Virus record (IMG/VR): IMGVR_UViG_3300030330_002724
Location: 1-34,435 of that record
Source of the DNA: a virus
Lineage: Duplodnaviria > Caudoviricetes
Direction: 5' to 3' (one strand)
Length of the DNA: 34,435 nt
This document shows, piece by piece, positions 10,601-19,466 of this stretch (position 1 is its first letter; each line of letters begins with the position of its first letter). The notes under the pieces were generated by a model that saw nothing but the letters and a program-made list of their open reading frames with translations, was not told the DNA's origin and ran no database searches. Both the position numbers and the translations under genes were made by a program.

Positions 10601-13600
10601 TGGTATTGGAACTGCTGGTACCGCTTCTCTTACAATTAATTACTCCGAAAATGTACCATCTAAACTTTACTACGCTGTTGAGAAGGGTGGATACATTAGC
10701 ACTGCAGATAGAGATGTAATTCATTATTCAGAAATTAATTATGTTGATAGTGAGTATATTGGAACCTATAATGTATTTGGAGTTGGATCGACAGTATTTA
10801 ATATTTCTCCATCACAGTTACCTCTCGTTTTAGATTATCTTCCTGAACAATGTGATAAGTTAGAGTATAGAACCAAGTCTGCTAGCGCACTTAATGGATC
10901 TATTGGAAAAGTTGATATCATTTCTGAAGGATTCAATTATGAAAAACTTCCAAAACTGATTGATGTTACTACACTTGATGGAAACAATGCTAATGTTGCA
11001 GCAATATCAACTTCGATCGGAAGAATCAAGACTATAAGATTTAGAGATATTGGATATGACTACCCTTCAGATAAGACTCTGAGACCAGAAGCAATTGTTC
11101 CACCAATTGTTAAGATCGACAACCTCGATACAATCACTGGTTTTGACGTTGTAAATCCAGGTGCAAGATACCTGACGGATCCAGATCTGATTGTTTGGAA
11201 CGAATCTACAAATACACTTGTAGATTCAACATCTTTAGTTGCAAGTGCTCCAAATGGTGCAATTTCAGAAATTGAACAACTTGTTCCACTATTTGGTTTA
11301 GATTCCGAACCACACAGAATTATTTCTGTTAATAACTCAAATGGTGTTGGTATTGTCTCAATGACAACCAGTCCTTTTGGTATTGCAACTTGTACACTGA
11401 CAACTCCAATTCTTGGATTTACAACTACATTGTTTGCAGCAGGAGATACTGTTTTCGTTGAAGGCATTGAAATGTCTGATTCTGGGGATGGATATAACTC
11501 CGCCGACTATGATTACAAGTTCTTCAAGGTTCTCAAGTATGAAGACACTAGTCCAGCAAAACTGACTTTCCAGGTTGTTGGTGAAGATGGAGTTGGTCTT
11601 ACAACCAATCCAGGTATTGCGAAGACATTCCAGTCTGGATATGCAACCATTGTTAACCGCAATGATTATCCAGATATTAGAGTAATTCAAGAAAGATCTA
11701 AGTTTATCATCAATGAAGCACTCTTTGTGGATGCTGGTGGTGGTTATGTTAACACCGATCTTTCTGTTGCTTTAGTTAGAGATGACTATATCAAGATCAA
11801 GGGCGATTTCAACTTGGTAAAAGGATCCAAGATCAAGGGTATTGTTAGTGGTACCGTTGCCGATGTAATTGATGTTGATCGTAAGAGAGCTAAGTTTAAC
11901 ATCGATTATGCTTCTAAACTTGATATTGGTTGGAAGAATGACATTGGTAAGATTAGTGAAGACTATCAAGTTACTCCAGATAATGACTATTATCAGAATC
12001 TTTCTTACTCAATTAAGAGTCCAATTACTTGGAGTGAGTTTTCATCTCCAGTTAACAGTATAATTCACCCAGCAGGTCTTAAGAACTTTGCTGATGTTGG
12101 TATTACTTCTACTGGAAGATCAACTGTAGGTCTTGCAGGATCTACAACATCAATTGTTGTTCTTGATGTTGTCTCTGAAAAGAGAGTTGATACAATCAAT
12201 ATGTTTGATAACGCTATTGATGATGATCCTAGACAAAGCGGAATCACCAGTTTCTTACAGTCTAACTCCTTACAGATTCAAAATAGAAAACTTACAGACT
12301 TCACTGAGTGTAGAACTAACAGAGTTCTGATTCATGATGATATTAGTAATAAGTTCTCAAGTAGAGGATTCCAAGATATTTTCGTAGAACTTGAAGAAGT
12401 TGATTTCATTGATAATCATGTAAGATACTTGATTCAGATTGTTGATCCAGATACTGGCGATATTCAAGTTTCTGAACTGGTATTACAATCTTCAACTCTG
12501 AATACTTACCTCTTTACTAAGTATTCTGCTTTCAGTGATCGTTTGCTTGGTACTTTCCGTGCAGATATTGACGATACTGGAAGAAAGGTCTTAATTTTCG
12601 ATCCAACTGACCCATACGATACTGATCATGACATCAAGATCCTCAAAAAAACATATCTTTATCAAGCCCTTCCTGCAGGTTCTACAGGAATTGGAACAGA
12701 ATCGCTTGGTACGGTGGACATTACTGGTTCATTTGTATCTGGTATTGGTAGCGTTGGTACTGCTACTAGCACCAGAACTATTGCTGAGTTCAATGTAAAT
12801 GATTTCAATGGAGCATTTGCAAGTATTGAAATTTCGGATAGATTTAGTGCAGATGTAAATTACATCGAAGCAACACTTGATTTTGATGGAGACAATACTT
12901 ATTTGAGTGAGTATTACTTTGATGCTAATAATCTTTCTTATAGTGCAACTCAAACTGGAATCCTTGGAACAATCTATGATGCGAATGCGGGTATTGTTTC
13001 TCTGACTGCTACCAATAGCGGCATATCTTCTACCGTAGTCTATGATGTTCGTGCTAATGTTGTAGGATTTGGTACAACTACCGCTGGTATTGGAACTTAT
13101 CGCTTCCTTCTGAACAATCAACCAGCAGGATCTGAAAAGAGTGCAAGACTTGAATCTACAGTTGGATATGGAACAGATGTTGTAAGACTTGGAACTTACG
13201 ATATTGATGATATTGCATCAGCGTCTTCAGTTGTTCGTGTCTCTGCTGGAGAAACATCTGCAATTCATCAGGTCACGATTATGTCCAATAATCAAGATCT
13301 GGAAACATTTGTTACACCTGGTCCATTTGCTCCAGTCAATAATACAACTGGTCTTGGAACATTTGGTGGACAAGTCAATGGATCTGAGTTCTATCTGAAC
13401 TTCTATCCAGATGCTGGATATGATGTTGAAGCACAATCCTTTAGTGAAGTTCTCTATAGATTCAGTGACTTTGACAATCAACCAAATCCTCTGGAGTTTG
13501 GTCCTTCTAAGCAACTGATCTTCCTGTCTGCTTTTGATGGTCTCAATGGATTGAGAGCAAACAGAGTCAACTTCAAACTGACTCACCAGGGTGATCCAAT

Positions 13601-16600
13601 TTATACTAAACCGTTTGATCCTTCAGATACAGTCAAGATTGATTATGTAACTGGTCTGTTTACATATCCAAATCACTTCTTCAATACTGGTGAAGAACTT
13701 CTTTATACACCAAAATCCACATTCAGTGGAATTGGTCAAACTGCTATGGGTATTGGTCAGACTGCAAACTATGCTGGCATTGTAACTGATAAACTTCCAG
13801 AAAAAGTTTATCCAATTGCAGTTACTCCTGATAGTTTTAAACTTGCAACTACACCAGAATTTGCTAAAGCAGGTATATTTGTAACATTCACTGATGCTGG
13901 TCTTGGAAATGCTCACGAACTTGAGTTTACCAAGAAACTTACTAAGACTGTTATTGCTCTTGATGGTATTGTTCAGCAACCAATCACCTTTACACCAATC
14001 AACCACGATCTTGCTTTTAACAACGGTGGAATCAATGCAGGTATTGCTACATTCAATATTAGTGGTATTTCATCCATTCAACCAAGAGATCTTCTGAAGA
14101 TTGATGATGAATACATGAAGGTTGTTGAAGTTGGTCTTAGTACTAATGCTAACGGTCAACTTCTTGGACCTATCAACGGTATTATTGCTTCTGGTGGTAT
14201 TGCAACTCACCCAACAGTTTCTGTTGTTAGAGGTGTCGTTGGTACCGCTGCTACATCTCACACAGATGGAGCAAATGTACAGATCTTCCGTGGATCTATC
14301 AACATTGTTAAGAACGAGGTCTTCTTTGTTGATCCTCCAAAGGGTAATAGCAGAGCAAGAAGAAATGAGTCTAATCTTCCTTATGTGAAGGCAGAGTTCT
14401 CTGGAAGAACATTCTTGAGATCTGATTATGCTGAAAATATGTTGTTTGATGATATCTCTGATAGTTTCAGCGGCATCGGCAAGACTTATACCACAACTAT
14501 TGAAGGCATCAATACCTCAGGTGTTGCACCTGGAAATGGTATTCTGTTTATCAATGGAGTATTCCAGACTCCTTCTACAGAAAATAACGCAGGAAATAAC
14601 TACCTGTTTGAGCAAGATACTGCTGCAGGAATCTCTAGTGTAGTATTCACAGGTATCACTTCAACTGATGGTTCTTATATTGAATCTGAATTTGATATCA
14701 ACCAAAACCAAATTCCAAGAGGTGGTCTGGTTGTTTCCTTAGGTTCTACTCCTGGTCTTGGATATGCACCTCTTGTTGGTGCAAAAGTCAAGGCAAAGAA
14801 GAACTCCAGTGGAACTTTAACTGAGATTGTTGGAATTAATACCTGGACTAATCCAGTTTCTATCAGCACTGCTTCTTACAATAAATTCTCTGGTATTCTT
14901 GAAATTGAAACCTCAGGTTTACATAATCTTCAGACAGGTGATAGAGTCAAGTTAGTTGGTTTACATTTCACTTGCACTCCAGCATATAGTGGAATTACGA
15001 CCACTATCTTCCCAGATCATGATCGTTCATTCGATATTCATGACATTATCAGTGCTACTGAACTTACCGTAAATGTTGGTACAAGTTCAATCACACATCA
15101 CTATAATCACAGTGGTGAAGTATATGAGCACTTCTCTCTGAATCATGGATCTGGTTATAGAGAACCAGTTTCAATTGCTGTAACTGACCTCGCATATGTC
15201 CATAGATTTGAAAGAGCAGTAGCAAATGCCTTAACTGGTAAGAAGGTTGTAGACATTAATGTAAGTGGTGTAGATCCTAGTAATCAATATTACACATTGT
15301 CTGGTACTGATAGAACTGGTGCAGTTTCTGGAAACGATATTACAATCGAAGTTGCAGTTGGGGATACCCTCAATTTCAATCTCACTTATGGTGGTGGACA
15401 CCCATTTGAAATAAGAGATAGTGCTGGTGGTTCTGCAGTAAGTTCACCTGCTGCTACAAATAATGGTTCAAATGGTACAGGTACAGTTTCCTGGACACCA
15501 AACACTGCTGGAACTTATGTTTATCAGTGTATTAACCATCCTGATATGGTCGGAACAATCACTGTTACCGCTGCTGTTACTCATACACCAACCGCAGCAA
15601 AGTATACTTCCAGAACTGGAGTACTTCAACTTACTGTTACAAATCACCCACTCGTAGCAAACGACAAGATTGCTATTACTGATGACTCATTGATCTTCAG
15701 ATGCTCTCAAGATGATTTCTTTACCGAGCATCCATATCCAAGATCCACTGATCCAGCATCTGGTGTTGATCTTACAATCACTTCAGTCACTGACAATACA
15801 ATCACCGTAAATGTTGGTCCTGGTGGTGGAGCAGGAACTGGTGCTGAAGTTACAGCAACAGTTGGTGTTGGTGGAACTCTTGCGTTTACCATTGTAAATG
15901 GTGGATCTGGATACATCAATCCATCTATTGAGATTCCAGAACCTGTTTATGAAAATATGCCTGTAAGGGGAGTTTCTAGACTTGGTGTTGGTGCTACAAC
16001 AGAAACTGGTAAGAACTTGCTTCTCAATCTTACTGTTGGTGCTGCTGGAACAAGTAATGTTGGTATTGGTTCAACTTTATTCTTAATTGACTCCTTCAAG
16101 ATTACTAGAAATGGATATGCCTTCAATGTTGGTGATATTGTTGAAGTTGTTGGTCTTGTAACTGCTAAAGATTATAATGCACCAATTGAACCATTCCAAC
16201 TTGAAATTACTCAAACTTTCAATGACTTCTTCTCTTCTTGGTCCTTTGGTGAGATGGATTATATTGATAGCATCAAAGGTTATCAGGATGGAAGTAGAAA
16301 GAGATTCCCACTGTTCTATAATGGCGAACTTCTGAGTTTTGAAATCGATCCAAATAATCCACTTTCTGGTGCTATTGATCTTGATTCTGTTCTATTAATC
16401 TTCATCAATGGTGTTCTTCAAACTCCAGGATATGCTTATCAGTTCACTGGTGGTACATCATTCGTATTTACTGAAGCACCAAGAGAAAATGATAAGGTGG
16501 ACATATTCTTCTACGTTGGTAAGCAAGGTATTGATGTTGGTATTACTACCGTTAGAGAAACCTTGAAAGTTGGTGATGATCTGTTTGTCCAGAAACATCC

Positions 16601-17870
16601 ATTGTTCCAAGAGACTGTTGATCAGTTACTTTCTAGAACAATTGCTGAAATTGCTGGTTCTGATAAAGTTGAAACACCAATTTACACAGGTCCTGGTGTA
16701 AATCAAAATACATTCAAACCATTCAGCTGGACTAAGCAGAAGAAAGATAAGTTCATCAAAGGTGATATTGTCTATAAGACAAGAGATCAACTGGAACCCA
16801 AGATTTTCCCAACCGCAAAGGTTATTGGAGATGTAAATGTAGATTCTACAAATATTTTTGTAGATAATGCACAATTCTTCGATTATGATGAAATCATTTA
16901 TGATCTCAATGTTAACACATTTGAGTTTGATGCCTTTATGGTTGAGCACAGTGAACCTCGTGCTGCTGACTTCAATGTAACTGTTGATGCTGCTGGATCA
17001 ATTTCAAACATTGCTGTAACCAATGCTGGTGCTGGATATACTGGCACTACAACAGAGATTAAGTTCTCTGCTCCAAAGGTAATTGGTGTTGGTATTGGAA
17101 CTACAGCAACTGCTACAGCAAATATTGCTACAAATGGAACAATCACATCTGCTACTATTACTAACCCAGGTCTCGGATATACGAGTACAAATGCTCCAAA
17201 TGTAATCACTGAGATTCCTACTGCTAAGTTTGAAACTATTTCAGAAGTCTCCAATGTTCAAGGATTCAGTGGAATTATTACTGGAATCAGTGAAACTACT
17301 GGAACTGGTGGTCAAAAAGCGATTAAGTTCAACTTCGTTGGACTCAAAGATTATGGTAGAAGTGGAGAATCGGAAGTTGCTTCTGATGTCTTAGATCTTG
17401 TTGCTGGATATCCAATCTCAATTTTTGATACAAAGGTTGGTCAAGGTGCTGTTTCAGTATATGACTCCGATGCCGCAGTTGTTGGTGTTGGAACTACATT
17501 CCTGGATAATATCTACGTTGTGGATTCCATTACAAGTCTTGCTTCAAACGGTGAAATTATTTGTAACGTTACTTCAACTACAGATCTTACTGGTATTACT
17601 TCTACTGGAAGATTTGATGAAAACCAAGCAGGATTAACCACTTCTCTTGGAATGCTTTCTTGGGGAAGAATCTACAATTACAATGAAAGAACTGGTTCAC
17701 CAATTTCTATTGGTGTTACTGGATTGACTGTTGATGCAGGTCTTTCAACCTTCCCAACAATTCAAAGAAGAGGAAACTTTGGTCAAGGTAAGACTGGAGC
17801 AGTTCGTTCCAGAAAACCAGTTGCTAACAACAATCTGATTCTTGATAACGATCTTCCCTTTTACTCCTGA
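4686..17870 (+). CDS. gp7: giant baseplate wedge initiator gp7-like virion protein (4394 aa)
   Basis: Located between gp6 and gp8. N-terminal QLPEF and FYQSKG motifs, internal DNDYYQNLSYSIKS...IIHPAG motif typical of gp7-like proteins, many GxGY and HxFxTGD repeats, a YHYH-like segment and a cupredoxin-like segment. Confidence 0.8.
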   Translation: MSHFEKKVQLNKIIESQLPEFLVADFPKAVDFFRQYYISQEAQGGNIDLVDNLDRYLKLDNLIPEVVVGKATLSAAISTTDTTITVSSTKGYPDDYGLLKIGDEIITYTGKTDTTFTGCIRGFSGVTGFDDSTKAHFVNTNRQSVIFEDTAAASHNANVEIQNLSALFLQQFYKSLKKAFTPGFEEETFVSDLNVANFIKHARNFYQSKGIEESVIILFKVLYGVTAKVIDLEGRLIKPSSADYIRREVVVAEQISGNPFGLEGQTIFRSSDLNTNASVSEVEIFTRDTKSFYKLGLFVGYNDRDLVEGTFIVPGFSRVLESVSPGDSVITVDSTIGFPESGTIVSGSNTITYTSKSINQFFGCSGITATINVADDIRSDEIIFGYEDGDASKKCELRITGVLSEFEALEDIPLMEVGEEVAVRNIGEVIFNPDSDRTYKQVFANSWIYNTKARFEVQTIQGGSFFLYEDVDKAQLRVGDTVDILIGSSNVVAPNGSGALVSSINGKEVSFSNISAFSPVSTQSYSIRRNLIKGQSLGAPIKEGNDVYVANALNVYTDDSESFGYVASHSLPGYQIVDEIIESSIPNGLEANLGGYSDALKTWKTIKFPSAVRFISGDQIKYVADNPLSGLVSGEYYYVKVIKSNEVQLYASKSALKTEITVKYPDGEQPVRFIPNSLGGTHTFTLQRHEDKQLSSNNILRKFPLKQTLSQQKEITRNLGNIGVLVDGVEISSPESRDQIFFGPLEKFEILNGGKDYDVINPPEITISVGQGRTVGLVTALVEPVIIGSVKEVLVDPQTFDVEDVLSVSITGGNGDGCTLEPITGKRFREVEFDSRARTLGGGVDIAEETITFLEDHNFFDGQTLVYNHNNNDPISIGSAYDINNTISGTLISGDEYVVKVVNTKTVKLHLSEADALNEGVGINTIGLSTATSASGIHKFRTLATNNLRQIKVLTPGSGYTHRKLRVKASGISTVYNTVSHKDHGFETGETVVYSSTGNTVGGLNTTDQYQIEKIDSDTFRVINVGVGGTVTTDSVRNKYVDLTDAGSGYHIFQYPPIEVSANVSFGGTTGTFTFTPLITGEITDAYLYESGIGYGSTTLNLHKKPSIFITKGEGAQLAPIINNGRITAVQILNKGSGYVSIPELVIEDGSSPAGTGAILRPVMVNGRIDDIVVINEGIGYSTNATSIYVKSRGLGAKFDCRVRSLEINDAQRFSDFSKNQSKKIFSNLYKNDKEDSLVYGIYGYSEDLATNLEPLDSNHSPIIGWAYDGNPIYGPFAYSDPENIQSGVRILDTSYDLQPNTIEDRPDFADGFFIQDYKYTGSGDLDKHNGRFGKTPEFPDGIYAYFVGVTTTITSPTPAAFEPEYPYFIGNTYRSEVLEENFKLDHKFDFNNSNLSRNTFPYNINRPRADYDFINEGYESADQISLVKAVSQGTADRVDVIDGGVGYRIGDRVNFDSEGTNGAGLRAQVSELVGVAITSVNTTLENYEGVVFEWDSDKQVSAYNTPGFDVFNNDTVLITGLSTSVISLAGSVKVGFSTEVVSLAGTMTGYTATPYGRYEDIFLSRRFNNVSIGNTMKIVSSLGTEEVTILNDFNNGVLRVKRHGAAGVAHTYGSRLELFSDRITLPVKTKEFSSKRNQVVFFNGEQSVGVGQTAGAAIDRTFNIGNTEVTVNLPLRQIRVPNHPFKTGQKVKFAKSGNPAVNQIIVGNDDSNTNTFFIPQAVSELYVIDKGRDYIGLTTQVGLTTAGNGLFFYSAGSDNSEYSLTTTFDELTGDLAKITTKISCGATHGLQEGDTIKLNLVPNTIVGLGTTAAATAAYNEDKKLLLINPTGINSTGISSANNTITIPDHGYKTGDKLFYESIEAAEGLVADESYYVIRDSSSTFRLAETLYESNPLTEKSINIVGTGDTNHKFSLINPQINVTRNSDLQIKLEDPSLSGYELKIYRENEFINEYISSYDSRDFNVVGVGSIGIGTAGTASLTINYSENVPSKLYYAVEKGGYISTADRDVIHYSEINYVDSEYIGTYNVFGVGSTVFNISPSQLPLVLDYLPEQCDKLEYRTKSASALNGSIGKVDIISEGFNYEKLPKLIDVTTLDGNNANVAAISTSIGRIKTIRFRDIGYDYPSDKTLRPEAIVPPIVKIDNLDTITGFDVVNPGARYLTDPDLIVWNESTNTLVDSTSLVASAPNGAISEIEQLVPLFGLDSEPHRIISVNNSNGVGIVSMTTSPFGIATCTLTTPILGFTTTLFAAGDTVFVEGIEMSDSGDGYNSADYDYKFFKVLKYEDTSPAKLTFQVVGEDGVGLTTNPGIAKTFQSGYATIVNRNDYPDIRVIQERSKFIINEALFVDAGGGYVNTDLSVALVRDDYIKIKGDFNLVKGSKIKGIVSGTVADVIDVDRKRAKFNIDYASKLDIGWKNDIGKISEDYQVTPDNDYYQNLSYSIKSPITWSEFSSPVNSIIHPAGLKNFADVGITSTGRSTVGLAGSTTSIVVLDVVSEKRVDTINMFDNAIDDDPRQSGITSFLQSNSLQIQNRKLTDFTECRTNRVLIHDDISNKFSSRGFQDIFVELEEVDFIDNHVRYLIQIVDPDTGDIQVSELVLQSSTLNTYLFTKYSAFSDRLLGTFRADIDDTGRKVLIFDPTDPYDTDHDIKILKKTYLYQALPAGSTGIGTESLGTVDITGSFVSGIGSVGTATSTRTIAEFNVNDFNGAFASIEISDRFSADVNYIEATLDFDGDNTYLSEYYFDANNLSYSATQTGILGTIYDANAGIVSLTATNSGISSTVVYDVRANVVGFGTTTAGIGTYRFLLNNQPAGSEKSARLESTVGYGTDVVRLGTYDIDDIASASSVVRVSAGETSAIHQVTIMSNNQDLETFVTPGPFAPVNNTTGLGTFGGQVNGSEFYLNFYPDAGYDVEAQSFSEVLYRFSDFDNQPNPLEFGPSKQLIFLSAFDGLNGLRANRVNFKLTHQGDPIYTKPFDPSDTVKIDYVTGLFTYPNHFFNTGEELLYTPKSTFSGIGQTAMGIGQTANYAGIVTDKLPEKVYPIAVTPDSFKLATTPEFAKAGIFVTFTDAGLGNAHELEFTKKLTKTVIALDGIVQQPITFTPINHDLAFNNGGINAGIATFNISGISSIQPRDLLKIDDEYMKVVEVGLSTNANGQLLGPINGIIASGGIATHPTVSVVRGVVGTAATSHTDGANVQIFRGSINIVKNEVFFVDPPKGNSRARRNESNLPYVKAEFSGRTFLRSDYAENMLFDDISDSFSGIGKTYTTTIEGINTSGVAPGNGILFINGVFQTPSTENNAGNNYLFEQDTAAGISSVVFTGITSTDGSYIESEFDINQNQIPRGGLVVSLGSTPGLGYAPLVGAKVKAKKNSSGTLTEIVGINTWTNPVSISTASYNKFSGILEIETSGLHNLQTGDRVKLVGLHFTCTPAYSGITTTIFPDHDRSFDIHDIISATELTVNVGTSSITHHYNHSGEVYEHFSLNHGSGYREPVSIAVTDLAYVHRFERAVANALTGKKVVDINVSGVDPSNQYYTLSGTDRTGAVSGNDITIEVAVGDTLNFNLTYGGGHPFEIRDSAGGSAVSSPAATNNGSNGTGTVSWTPNTAGTYVYQCINHPDMVGTITVTAAVTHTPTAAKYTSRTGVLQLTVTNHPLVANDKIAITDDSLIFRCSQDDFFTEHPYPRSTDPASGVDLTITSVTDNTITVNVGPGGGAGTGAEVTATVGVGGTLAFTIVNGGSGYINPSIEIPEPVYENMPVRGVSRLGVGATTETGKNLLLNLTVGAAGTSNVGIGSTLFLIDSFKITRNGYAFNVGDIVEVVGLVTAKDYNAPIEPFQLEITQTFNDFFSSWSFGEMDYIDSIKGYQDGSRKRFPLFYNGELLSFEIDPNNPLSGAIDLDSVLLIFINGVLQTPGYAYQFTGGTSFVFTEAPRENDKVDIFFYVGKQGIDVGITTVRETLKVGDDLFVQKHPLFQETVDQLLSRTIAEIAGSDKVETPIYTGPGVNQNTFKPFSWTKQKKDKFIKGDIVYKTRDQLEPKIFPTAKVIGDVNVDSTNIFVDNAQFFDYDEIIYDLNVNTFEFDAFMVEHSEPRAADFNVTVDAAGSISNIAVTNAGAGYTGTTTEIKFSAPKVIGVGIGTTATATANIATNGTITSATITNPGLGYTSTNAPNVITEIPTAKFETISEVSNVQGFSGIITGISETTGTGGQKAIKFNFVGLKDYGRSGESEVASDVLDLVAGYPISIFDTKVGQGAVSVYDSDAAVVGVGTTFLDNIYVVDSITSLASNGEIICNVTSTTDLTGITSTGRFDENQAGLTTSLGMLSWGRIYNYNERTGSPISIGVTGLTVDAGLSTFPTIQRRGNFGQGKTGAVRSRKPVANNNLILDNDLPFYS

Positions 17871-17878
17871 TAATCTCC

Positions 17879-17886
17879 TATAAATA
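17879..17886 (+). promoter_or_regulatory. T4-type late promoter
   Basis: Perfect TATAAATA in the 33-bp gap between gp7 and gp8. Confidence 0.85.
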
Positions 17887-17903
17887 TATAAAAAAAGATA
17901 ACA

Positions 17904-19463
17904 ATGTCCGCACTTGTTACTGATCAATTTAGAATCCTGAATGCCAGTAATTTTGTTGAGTCTTTTTCTGACGAAAAGAATTCATATTACATTACTGTAG
18001 GTCTTCCTAACCCAACTATTGTTGGATATGGAAGGAGTAATACTTGGAATACCAATCCACCTGCCCCCATTGATAACCTAGATTACAACTCCCACTCTGG
18101 TGATGTTGCCATGTTTGGAAGACGTGTAACTGGTTCCAATGTTAGAAGATTGGTACGCAGAATTGATTACGTACAAGGTAATCGTTATGAAATGTATCGT
18201 AATGATTACAGCATTCTCAACCCAGCACCTCTGACTAATGCATCTAGATTATATGATGCAAATTACTATGTGATGAATGAGGATTTCAGAGTTTATGTTT
18301 GTATTGAGAATGGTTCTACAGGGAACAATCCTAAAGGAAATGTTTCTCAGGATCAACCAAGATTTACTGATTTAGAACCATCTAAAGCAGGTGATAGTGG
18401 TGATGGATATATTTGGAAATATCTTTTCACAGTCAGTCCAAGCGACATTGTGAAATTTGATTCTACCGAATATATTACCGTTCCAAACGACTGGGGAACT
18501 TCAACAGATCCACAGATTAGATCAATTAGAGAAGCGGCAGACTCTGATATTAATGATAATCAAATCAAAACAGTTTTCATTCAAGATGGTGGTGGAAACT
18601 ATGCTAATGGTATCGGTCAAGAGATGGATATCATTGGTGATGGATCTGGTGGTAAAGTAAGAGTTGATGTAGTTGGTGGAAAAATTACCAATACAGTTGT
18701 AACAACTGGTGGTAAGGGATATAGTTATGCGATGGTTGATTTAGGTGCTATTAACTCAAACTCAACTGGAACTCCTGCACACCTTATTCCAATCATCCCA
18801 CCATCAAAGGGACATGGATATGATATCTACACTGAATTAGGAACTGATAAGGTTCTTGTTTACGCTCGTTTTGATGGTAGTGATAAAGACTTCCCAGTAG
18901 ATACTAGTTTTGCTCAAGTATCTATTATCAAGAATCCAACTCAAGTTGGAACTAGTGGAACTTTCTATGAGGAAAACTTTAATGGTTTGAATTCATTCAA
19001 GTTCTCAGCAATCACAGGGACTCCAAAGGTTGGTGAAAAGATTGAGCAGATTGTTGATAGTGGAAATGGAAGAGCATTTGGATATGTTGCTTCTTTCGAC
19101 CAAGAAACAAAGGTTCTCAAGTATTTCCAAGATAGATCTTTGTTCCTGAATCAGACAACACTGAATACTCAGGATTACACTGGAATCTCCACAAGAGGTA
19201 GAGCATATGACTTTGAGTCATCTTCTGCTTTAATTTCTGGAGATACTTCATCATTTACAGGATCTATTGATACTGCATTTGCTGGTTTTAGTACAAATCC
19301 AACAGGAACAAAACTGATTAACCTCGGTGTTAACTTCACAGGAGGTATGGCGGTTCCTGAAATAAATAAAGGATCAGGGGATGTTATTTTCCTGGATAAC
19401 CGAGCAAGTATTGCGAGAAACGCACGCCAAAAAGAAGACTTAAAAATAGTACTGGAATTCTAA
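17904..19463 (+). CDS. gp8: baseplate wedge subunit gp8
   Basis: MSALVTDQFRILNA start, YYVMNEDFRVYVCIEN, DGYIWKYLFT, and C-terminal DNR.SI.R...QKEDLKIVLEF. Confidence 0.92.
   Translation: MSALVTDQFRILNASNFVESFSDEKNSYYITVGLPNPTIVGYGRSNTWNTNPPAPIDNLDYNSHSGDVAMFGRRVTGSNVRRLVRRIDYVQGNRYEMYRNDYSILNPAPLTNASRLYDANYYVMNEDFRVYVCIENGSTGNNPKGNVSQDQPRFTDLEPSKAGDSGDGYIWKYLFTVSPSDIVKFDSTEYITVPNDWGTSTDPQIRSIREAADSDINDNQIKTVFIQDGGGNYANGIGQEMDIIGDGSGGKVRVDVVGGKITNTVVTTGGKGYSYAMVDLGAINSNSTGTPAHLIPIIPPSKGHGYDIYTELGTDKVLVYARFDGSDKDFPVDTSFAQVSIIKNPTQVGTSGTFYEENFNGLNSFKFSAITGTPKVGEKIEQIVDSGNGRAFGYVASFDQETKVLKYFQDRSLFLNQTTLNTQDYTGISTRGRAYDFESSSALISGDTSSFTGSIDTAFAGFSTNPTGTKLINLGVNFTGGMAVPEINKGSGDVIFLDNRASIARNARQKEDLKIVLEF
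19361..19368 (+). promoter_or_regulatory. probable late promoter embedded in gp8 3' end (AATAAATA)
   Basis: 7/8 match to the consensus about 100 bp upstream of the next start codon. Confidence 0.5.
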
Positions 19464-19466
19464 AAA

